From assembly GCF_000007985.2 (NCBI RefSeq), contig NC_002939.5, positions 870,001 through 902,000 on the forward strand: a stretch of 32,000 nt of DNA, read 5' to 3'. Below the pieces are notes generated by a model, which had not been told where the DNA came from, made no database searches, and saw only the letters and a list, made by a program, of their open reading frames with translations. Source of the DNA: Geobacter sulfurreducens PCA (GTDB lineage Bacteria > Desulfobacterota > Desulfuromonadia > Geobacterales > Geobacteraceae). The position numbers and the translations under genes are program-made. Shown here in pieces: positions 26,058 through 32,000 of the stretch. Within the stretch, counting starts at the first letter, position 1, and each line of letters opens with the position of its first letter.

Positions 26058-26123
26058 ATGTTTCCTCCTCATGATGATGAAGTGTAAGTTCTTGTATTCA
26101 GACCATGTGAGCGTGAAAAAGCC

Positions 26124-26534
26124 CTACATTCCTTTAGCGGACGTACTGTTCATGTCATTCCTCCTGTCCGATGCCCTGCGGGCTTCCCGCAACAGATACC
26201 CCACCAGGTTGGGAGATAAGGGCTTGTCGAAGATCCGTTCAATGCCCGCTTCGCTGATCTCTCGCCGCAGGGCGCGTGTCGGCAAGTCGGTATACATGAA
26301 AACGGTGAGTCCGGGACTGACCCTGCGGGCTCGGCGGGCCAGCGTGATGGCATCCATGTCCGGCATCACCATGTCGGTGAGCATGATTTCAAAGGGCATC
26401 GCGTGCAGGGTGGCGAGGGCCTCTTCTCCGCTGCCGACACGATGGACTGTGGTGTTGTTTCTGTCGAAAAGCTCTTCCAGGATAGTCAGGTCACAGTCGT
26501 TCTCCACGGCAAACAATATGTTCGAAGCATCCAT
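26124..26534 (-). CDS. single-domain response regulator (receiver only)
   Basis: 136-aa ORF. Receiver landmarks: acidic pocket AVENDCD, phospho-acceptor IMLTDMVMPDMD, VFMYTD (Thr) and FDKPL (Lys). Confidence 0.88.
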   Translation of the reverse strand: MDASNILFAVENDCDLTILEELFDRNNTTVHRVGSGEEALATLHAMPFEIMLTDMVMPDMDAITLARRARRVSPGLTVFMYTDLPTRALRREISEAGIERIFDKPLSPNLVGYLLREARRASDRRNDMNSTSAKGM

Positions 26535-26567
26535 TGCATTATTCCTCTCTCTGATGTCTCATTGCCG

Positions 26568-26846
26568 CTACCCGGTCAGGTTCGGGCAGAAGGTGTCATC
26601 GGTCATGCCCGGGCGGTATCCTCCATGACAGAAGGTTCCGCTGCCGGCACGTCGCCTCCGGCCGGTAACGTGGTTTTGATGGGCATCGACTCCACCGGTG
26701 ATGTCGTGTTCGACACCCCCGGCAGTTTTGCATTGTTTACTGCACATACCGCAGGCCAGCGGTGCTCTGGCCAGTCTCCAGCCCTTGGATGACAATCGTG
26801 TACGCATTGCAGTATTCTCCGTCGTCAGTGCGCGAGGCCCGGGCAC
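26568..26846 (-). CDS. candidate Cys-rich small protein (79-92 aa), frame and start uncertain
   Basis: ORF-track entry; an internal ATG at 26807 has GGAG 9 nt upstream. It contains CGMCSKQC, FCHGGY and FCPN. Its codon bias is weak. It overlaps the end of the 32-codon ORF below in another frame. Confidence 0.35.
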   Translation of the reverse strand: MPGPRALTTENTAMRTRLSSKGWRLARAPLACGMCSKQCKTAGGVEHDITGGVDAHQNHVTGRRRRAGSGTFCHGGYRPGMTDDTFCPNLTG

Positions 26847-26923
26847 GCCGTAAGCGATCGACCCGTCCAGCAGGTTCCGGGCCCGGACGGATCAACGGTG
26901 CGCACCCTGTCGTTCACTTCCAT
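26825..26923 (-). CDS. 32-codon ORF with strong RBS (possibly the interrupted 5' part of a longer gene)
   Basis: GAGGAGG lies 7 nt upstream of ATG 26923. The ORF reads MEVNDRVRTVDPSGPGTCWTGRSLTACPGLAH and ends at TGA 26827-26825. It lies 38 nt downstream of the pseudo-receiver stop. Confidence 0.3.
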   Translation of the reverse strand: MEVNDRVRTVDPSGPGTCWTGRSLTACPGLAH

Positions 26924-26961
26924 ATCCCGGCCTCCTCGCCTTCAGTGCGTTCCCGCAGCCG

Positions 26962-27360
26962 CTACGGCAGCGATGCCTGTCTCCTTGAAGGATTCCCGGG
27001 TCCGTTACCCGGACTCGCCATTCTGGCAAGCACGGCAACCACCTCCGCCGGGTTCTGGTCCAGGTACGTCATGAATCGCGGTTCCAGGCAGTGCCCCCGG
27101 GAGACCGTCTCGGCTCGCCTGTCGGGGAGAACCAGGACGGTCTTTGTGTCCCGGAAAGCGGTTCGCATGGTAAGCAGGCGTTCCAGCTCATCCCTGTCCC
27201 GAACTACCAGAACGGTGATCGCGGGTTGCTCCAGTATCCGCCGGAACCGTTCAGCGAGCGCTGCCATTGATCGATACACCTCAAGGCCGGGAATAACCCC
27301 CGAAACCGTTTTTCGAATATCCTCGCCAACTCTTTCGGGGGCGTAGAAAAGCACATCCAT
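26962..27360 (-). CDS. receiver-like (pseudo-receiver) domain protein
   Basis: In ORF 26962..27366 the ATG at 27360 is preceded by GGAGCGAGG. The beta-alpha periodicity is like CheY (VLFYAP / LEVYR / ITVLVV / TVLVLP / FMTYL). However, the DD pocket is AP-E and the conserved Lys position reads LDQNP. Confidence 0.7.
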   Translation of the reverse strand: MDVLFYAPERVGEDIRKTVSGVIPGLEVYRSMAALAERFRRILEQPAITVLVVRDRDELERLLTMRTAFRDTKTVLVLPDRRAETVSRGHCLEPRFMTYLDQNPAEVVAVLARMASPGNGPGNPSRRQASLP

Positions 27361-27403
27361 AGGCAATAACCTCGCTCCGTGTCTGAGTATTCAATGACGC
27401 TAA

Positions 27404-27419
27404 AGCACGGCCTGTGCCA
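27404..27419 (-). promoter_or_regulatory. sigma-54 (RpoN) promoter
   Basis: Minus strand reads CTGGCAC-AGGCC-GTGCT. This matches TGGCAC-N5-TTGCW at all but one position, with correct GG-N10-GC spacing. The predicted TSS is about 34 nt upstream of ATG 27360. Confidence 0.7.
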
Positions 27420-27439
27420 GAAAGGCGTGATGTTGATTG

Positions 27440-27460
27440 TCTATTAATATCAAATAGATA
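27440..27460. promoter_or_regulatory. AT-rich IHF-like bending site between UAS and sigma-54 promoter
   Basis: TATCAAATAGATA (27448-27460) matches WATCAANNNNTTR except at one position. It overlaps the inverted repeat TCTATT-N7-AATAGA (27440-27458). Confidence 0.35.
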
Positions 27461-27511
27461 TGCTGGCGGGAGCCTCGGGGGAGGCAGAGAATTTTCCTGT
27501 CAGGCGGGAAT

Positions 27512-27550
27512 GGTTCCAGTCGTACAGGAATGCTCCGTACGACTGGAACC
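27512..27550. promoter_or_regulatory. perfect 14-bp inverted repeat: candidate enhancer (UAS) for the adjacent sigma-54 activator, or a U-less terminator hairpin
   Basis: GGTTCCAGTCGTAC-N11-GTACGACTGGAACC is centred about 115 bp upstream of the sigma-54 -24 element. It begins 11 nt after the stop of the activator gene. No T-tract is present on either side. Confidence 0.55.
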
Positions 27551-27560
27551 GCAGGGTGGT

Positions 27561-28961
27561 CTATGCCGGTTTAATTCCGTGCTTACTGAGAAGGGCATAC
27601 AAGCGGGAGAGTGAAAGTCCGGCAATGCGGCACGCTTCCTTGAGATCATTGTCGGTGAGGGAGAGCAAGTCGCGCAGGTATTGTTTTTCGGCCTGGGCGA
27701 ATACCGTTTCGCGAAAGTCCTGGAGCCGGGGCAGCGATTGGGTGATCCGCTGGGGCGCTGCACCGGGCTCTGGTTGCTCCACTGCTGCCCGCGCGATCTG
27801 TATGCGGATGTCGAGGGGCAGGTGCTGGGGGAAGAGGGTCGGTTCCAGGCGTGCTGATGCGAGTGCCCGCTCCAGCGTATTGACCAGTTCACGCACGTTG
27901 CCGGGCCACGAGTGCTGGGCCAGGGTGTCTAGGAATTCCGGCGCAAACCCTTTCGGCGCTAATCCATAGCGTTCGCAGAGTCTGTCCACATGGTGACGCG
28001 CCAACTCCTTGATGTCCTCCGGGCGCTCCCGAAGTGGCGGAAGCTCGATGGCGAACGCACGGAGCCGGAACAGCAGGTCGTCACGGAAACCGCCATCGCG
28101 CACCATCTGGTCGAGATCCCGGTTGGTCGCGGAGATGAGACGAAAATCGCTCACCTGCTCGCGCTGACTGCCAAGGGGACGGAACCGGCGTTCCTGGAGG
28201 ACCCGCAGGAACGCCTTCTGGACCGAAAGGGGCAGCTCGCCGACCTCGTCCAGAAAGAGCGAACCACCGTGCGCCTGCTGGATGAGCCCTTCCCGGGCTT
28301 TTTCCGCGCCCGTAAAAGTCCCTTTTTCGTGACCGAACAAGAGGCTTTCCACCAGGGTTTCCGGCAGTGCGGCACAGTCAACCACCACGAAGTTGCCTTC
28401 GGCCCGGCGGCTGTTGCTGTGGATGGCCCGGGCAAAGAGTTCCTTACCTGTGCCGGTTTCTCCGGTAATCATCACAGAGGTGTCGCCGGCGGCCGCCTGG
28501 GCCACCAGGTCCAGGCAGTCCCTGATCTTGTGGCTGTTGCCGACGATATCGTGACGCTTGAGGGCGGTGACGCTCGCACCGCGGCTGGCAATTTTCTCCT
28601 GCCGGTATTGGAGTGCTCGTACGAGATGCAGGGTCATCGCCTTGAGCGAGGTCCCCTTTTCTATGTAGTCCCAGGCTCCGCTCCTGATGGCCAGTTCGGC
28701 TGAGTCCGGGTTGCCGTAGCCGGTGATGATGATCACCTCCGGTTCGGCCGGGGTCCGCTGGATATCCGGCAGAATGTCGAGGCCGTTCCCATCCGGCATG
28801 CTCACATCGAGCAGGACCACGTCAAATGCTCCAGTCGAGGCTTTTTCAAGACCTTCCCTGAGGGTCGGGGCGCTGTCCACCTGGTGCCCCATCCGCTTTA
28901 CCATGTGCCACAGGGAAGAGCGCATGGAGTCGTCATCGTCGATAATAAGGATTGCAGCCAT
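27561..28961 (-). CDS. sigma-54-dependent Fis-family response regulator (receiver - AAA+ - HTH)
   Basis: 466-aa ORF. Receiver ILIIDDDDSM..VVLLDVSMPDG. Walker A GETGTGKE. Sigma-54 contact loop GHEKGTFTGA. Walker B LFLDEVGEL. C-terminal HTH LKEACRIAGLSLSRLYALLSKHGI. Confidence 0.93.
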   Translation of the reverse strand: MAAILIIDDDDSMRSSLWHMVKRMGHQVDSAPTLREGLEKASTGAFDVVLLDVSMPDGNGLDILPDIQRTPAEPEVIIITGYGNPDSAELAIRSGAWDYIEKGTSLKAMTLHLVRALQYRQEKIASRGASVTALKRHDIVGNSHKIRDCLDLVAQAAAGDTSVMITGETGTGKELFARAIHSNSRRAEGNFVVVDCAALPETLVESLLFGHEKGTFTGAEKAREGLIQQAHGGSLFLDEVGELPLSVQKAFLRVLQERRFRPLGSQREQVSDFRLISATNRDLDQMVRDGGFRDDLLFRLRAFAIELPPLRERPEDIKELARHHVDRLCERYGLAPKGFAPEFLDTLAQHSWPGNVRELVNTLERALASARLEPTLFPQHLPLDIRIQIARAAVEQPEPGAAPQRITQSLPRLQDFRETVFAQAEKQYLRDLLSLTDNDLKEACRIAGLSLSRLYALLSKHGIKPA

Positions 28962-28967
28962 GGTTTC

Positions 28968-31253
28968 TTATACTCTCCTGTCCAATATCCGTCGAACAGC
29001 CCGGGCCATTTCGTCTCTGTCAACCGGCTTCCGCAGGACGTCGGCAATGCCTGCCGAACGGGCTTGTTCAAGGATCGTTCGTTCATCCTGGTCGATAAAG
29101 CCGGAGCAAAGCAGAACCGGCACATCCGGCCGAAGGCGGCGTAGTGCACGGGTCAGTTCCGTTCCGGTCAGCAGGGGCATGGTCTGATCGGTGATAATCA
29201 GGTCGAAGAGCCCGGGTTGAGCGGTGAACAGCTTCAGCGCTTCGACACTGCCCGTGGTGGCAACAACGTCGTAGCCGAGCCGCCGTAACATCTCGCCGGT
29301 GGTGGCGACCAGGTCTTCTTCGTCATCCACATAGAGAATCCTCTCGTCCCCCCCGGCGGGTGCACCGTCAGGCGCGGCCTCCGGCTGTTCCTCGATCTGT
29401 TCCGCCCTCGGAATCAGGACCCGCACGGTCGTTCCGCTGCCGGGCTCGCTCTCCACCACGATCCCCCCGCCATGGTCCTTTACGATACCATAGACAACGG
29501 GCAGACCCAGTCCTGTTCCCCGTCCCTGCTCCTTCGTGGTGAAAAACGGATCGAAGATACGCTCCAGAACCTCGCTTCCCATGCCGTGTCCCGTATCTTT
29601 GACCGAAAGTTCCACATAGGGGCCGGCATGCAGGTCGGGATGAGTGCCGGTTATATCATCATGGAGGGTGACCGCGGTCAGGGTGACTTCGAGCATCCCC
29701 ACCTTGCCGTGCATCGCATGGGCCGCATTGGTGCAAAGGTTCACGATGACCTGATGGATCTGGGTCGGGTCGATCGAAGCCATTGCGTCTTCGCAGGAGA
29801 TGGTGGGACGAATGTCGATGGTTGTTGGCAGGGAAGCCCGCAGCAGTTTCAGGCATTCCTTTACGATCGGGGCTATTCGCACCGTTTGCCGTTTTTGCTC
29901 GCCTTGCCTGCTGAAGGCGAGAATCTGCGTGACCAGGTTCCTGCCGCGTTCGGCCGCATTGAGCACTATTTCAAGCAGCTCCGGGTTGCTTGCCCCCTCT
30001 TTTGCGTCATCAAGAGCCAACTCGGTACTGATAATTATGGCCCCCAGAATATTGTTGAAATCATGGGCGATCCCTCCGGCCAGTGTCCCCACGGCTTCCA
30101 TTTTCTGTGCGTGGCGCAATTGGCTTTCCAGCTGCATCTCCGGCGTCACGTCACGGACAATGGCAACATAGCTTGCGACGGTGCCGGACGTCTCCCTGAC
30201 CGGGGAAAGAATTACCTCGACATCCACATTGCTGCCGTCGTCCCGTACGATGACATATCTTCCGGTTCGCGTCCTCGCCTGGGCGACAACGTCGGTCAGT
30301 GCCTGAATGAATGGAGATCCGAAGAGCGATTTGCCGTAGTTGTGAATGCGCTTATTGATGATACCGGCGTGGTCTGTCCCGCTGATTCGTTCAAATGCCT
30401 GATTGACGTAGCGTATCAGCCCGTCGGGGGCAAAAAGGACAACCCCCTGCATGAACTGGTCAAGAACAGCGGCGAGAACCGCATGCTGTTTTTCAAGCTG
30501 GCATTTCTCGGCCTGAACCCGGAGCGTCGTAATCCCATGCGCGAGGTTGCCGGCCAGCTTCCGCAAGAGCTCGACCTCTTCCGGGGCAAAGGCGTCGGCA
30601 CCGTCGGCGTATATGACGAGGGCGCCGAAGGCCCCTTCGTCGTCGGACAGCGGCAGCGATAGCACGGAAGAGGTGATGCGCCTGAAGAGTTCGCCGGCAC
30701 CCTGTCTGGCATTGATGTTCCGCACGACATGAACGCCGGCAGCGAGCGCTTCCCGTGCCATCCCCTGTCCCATGTCCGAGTCGAGTTGAAACTTTGCATC
30801 CGTAACCGTACTTTCCCAGCACGCCACCGGCCGCACCGATGCCACTCCATCGGCCTCCGCAAACCAGGCCCATGCTTGACGATACCCTCCGTGTTCCACC
30901 GCAATCCGGCATACATCCTTGATGAACCCCTGCTCGTCGTCGGCACGCAGGAGAGCCTGGTCGCACTCGCTGAGGGTCGCAAGCGCACGGTTGGTTCTCC
31001 GCAGCGACTCCTGCGAGCGTATGATGGTCGCTTCTCTGCGGCGGACCAGCAGAAACAGCAGAACCGCCGACACGCCAATCAGAAGCACCCCGTTCAACGC
31101 GGTCAGCCACGCCGCCACTGGCTGCCCCCCGAATAGGGTGCCGATCAGGGCATTCGCCACCACCATCCACGCTCCGCCGGCCAGGGCATAGATGAGCGCG
31201 ATCGACAGGGGAGTCAGTCTTGCTTTGAACACAGAAGGAATCGTTATGGGCAT
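28968..31253 (-). CDS. hybrid sensor histidine kinase (2 TM - GAF-like - PAS - HisKA - HATPase - receiver)
   Basis: ORF 28968..31397. The likely start is ATG 31253 (MPITIPSVFKARLTPLSIALIYALAGGAWMVV..), judged by the typical distance to TM1. H-box GGIAHDFNNILGAI, N-box NLCTNAAHAM, G-boxes DTGHGMG and GTGLGLPVV. C-terminal receiver ILYVDDEEDL..LIITDQTMP..RKP. Confidence 0.9.
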   Translation of the reverse strand: MPITIPSVFKARLTPLSIALIYALAGGAWMVVANALIGTLFGGQPVAAWLTALNGVLLIGVSAVLLFLLVRRREATIIRSQESLRRTNRALATLSECDQALLRADDEQGFIKDVCRIAVEHGGYRQAWAWFAEADGVASVRPVACWESTVTDAKFQLDSDMGQGMAREALAAGVHVVRNINARQGAGELFRRITSSVLSLPLSDDEGAFGALVIYADGADAFAPEEVELLRKLAGNLAHGITTLRVQAEKCQLEKQHAVLAAVLDQFMQGVVLFAPDGLIRYVNQAFERISGTDHAGIINKRIHNYGKSLFGSPFIQALTDVVAQARTRTGRYVIVRDDGSNVDVEVILSPVRETSGTVASYVAIVRDVTPEMQLESQLRHAQKMEAVGTLAGGIAHDFNNILGAIIISTELALDDAKEGASNPELLEIVLNAAERGRNLVTQILAFSRQGEQKRQTVRIAPIVKECLKLLRASLPTTIDIRPTISCEDAMASIDPTQIHQVIVNLCTNAAHAMHGKVGMLEVTLTAVTLHDDITGTHPDLHAGPYVELSVKDTGHGMGSEVLERIFDPFFTTKEQGRGTGLGLPVVYGIVKDHGGGIVVESEPGSGTTVRVLIPRAEQIEEQPEAAPDGAPAGGDERILYVDDEEDLVATTGEMLRRLGYDVVATTGSVEALKLFTAQPGLFDLIITDQTMPLLTGTELTRALRRLRPDVPVLLCSGFIDQDERTILEQARSAGIADVLRKPVDRDEMARAVRRILDRRV

Positions 31254-31542
31254 GGGATCGTCTTTTCCGGGCCTACCGTTTTGTCTTGGAGAATACATGA
31301 TGATTGCACCGCAGACCGACGGCGGGTTCATCGTTCCGGTGAGTCTCGCTACTCCTGCTAACCGGCTCCACTTCTGACCAGCACGGTTGCACGGCACATA
31401 CCAATGCCAGCCCTACGTCAACCCGCTGTTATTTCAACGCATTGCATTTCGCTACGTTGTGTCTGTCCGGAATTGTGTTCCTGCCACCAAGGGAGCCTCC
31501 TGCGTGGCAGGAAAATTCTTGCCGAACAGGACAGGCATCAGG

Positions 31543-32000
31543 TCACACGGCCTTGACCGCCTGGTTCGCCGCAATGAGGAGAGGATCCCACACCGGTGCG
31601 TAGGGGGGCGCGTAGCTCAGATCGAGCTCCGCCAGCTCGAAAACGGTCATCTGCTTGTACACGGCGACGGCAAGGACGTCGAGCCGTTTCGCCACCACGT
31701 CCTGTCCCACCATCTGGCCGCCGAGGAGCAGGCCGGTTCCCTTCTCGAACAGAAGCACGGTCCGCATGGTGCCTCCTCCGGGGAATGATCCCCTTGTCGG
31801 TGTGTCCACGTGGATTTTCCCGAAATCTGTCCCCATCTCCCGAAGCTGTCGTTCGTTGAGGCCGGTCGTGGCAATCGTCAGGTCGAAAAACTTGAACGCC
31901 GCGGTCTGATCGATGCCGTGAAACATCGTCATGGCATCGCGGTGAGCGATGTTGTTGCCCGCAAGACGCCCCTGTTTATTGGCCACGGGGCCGAGCGGCA
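31543..32000 (-). CDS. FAD-dependent pyridine nucleotide-disulfide oxidoreductase (CoA-disulfide reductase/NADH oxidase-like), C-terminal part; 5' end outside window
   Basis: The reading frame is open to the window edge. The sequence ..ANKQGRLAGNNIA..GTTGLNERQL..GGQMVG..VAKRLDVLAVAVYKQMTVFELAELDLSYAPPYAPVWDPL is typical of the dimerisation domain of this family. Confidence 0.85.
   Translation of the reverse strand, partial: PLGPVANKQGRLAGNNIAHRDAMTMFHGIDQTAAFKFFDLTIATTGLNERQLREMGTDFGKIHVDTPTRGSFPGGGTMRTVLLFEKGTGLLLGGQMVGQDVVAKRLDVLAVAVYKQMTVFELAELDLSYAPPYAPVWDPLLIAANQAVKAV

Noticed and set aside
26825-26827. TGA ending the 32-codon ORF read as selenocysteine
   Set aside because: Read-through in the same frame gives an Arg/Pro-rich, unconvincing continuation. 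I also could not find a bacterial SECIS-like hairpin in the 40 nt after the TGA. A frameshift, an indel or two small ORFs seem more likely.
31485-31516. Hairpin CCTGCCAC-N16-GTGGCAGG after the oxidoreductase gene
   Set aside because: There is no U-tract on the relevant (minus) strand, so it is not a convincing intrinsic terminator. No other function is evident.
1-32000. Search for tRNA/rRNA genes, CRISPR arrays, IS elements/transposases, integrases and phage or defence genes
   Set aside because: I found no T-loop-like GGTTCGAATCC motifs in intergenic regions. I also found no spaced direct-repeat arrays, no terminal inverted repeats flanking a transposase-like ORF, and no nuclease, helicase or methylase signatures. 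This was an eye scan only, so small RNAs could have been missed.

Overview
High-GC (visibly above 60% in most genes) bacterial chromosomal segment. The gene content (many sigma-54 activators, PAS/GAF kinases, dockerin-like small proteins) suggests a Geobacter/Desulfuromonadales-type deltaproteobacterium; that assignment is inference only. All calls come from reading the ORF track, my own reverse translations and motif recognition; no homology search was run.

Gene order:
- (1) An NtrY/NtrX-like two-component pair (minus strand).
- (2) A minus-strand Mla lipid-transport operon, mlaE-mlaF-mlaD-[TolC-family OMP]-mlaC, ending in a clean intrinsic terminator.
- (3) A GapN-like aldehyde dehydrogenase, a small dockerin-like secreted protein, a SagB-type dehydrogenase, SppA, a Cys-containing membrane protein and a Cache-HAMP-PAS kinase.
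- (4) Parvulin PpiC, an SseB-like protein and pirin.
- (5) An AT-rich island with a near-consensus promoter and a 64-aa gene.
- (6) A heavy-metal RND efflux island: CzcI-like Cys-rich protein, OMP, His-rich adaptor, RND pump, PII-like protein, lipoprotein and terminator, followed by a second CzcI-like His/Cys protein and a small secreted protein.
- (7) A lower-GC minus-strand module. A hybrid GAF-PAS kinase and a sigma-54 activator sit directly upstream of a well-formed sigma-54 promoter (palindromic UAS, IHF-like site). That promoter drives five small genes: pseudo-receiver, an ambiguous Cys-rich ORF, a receiver, Rnk (GreA fold) and an unlisted 52-aa zinc ribbon.
- (8) The 3' part of a pyridine nucleotide-disulfide oxidoreductase.

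I saw no rRNA, tRNA, CRISPR array or transposase. The candidates most worth following up are module (7), the accessory genes of the efflux island (6), and the TolC gene embedded in the Mla operon.
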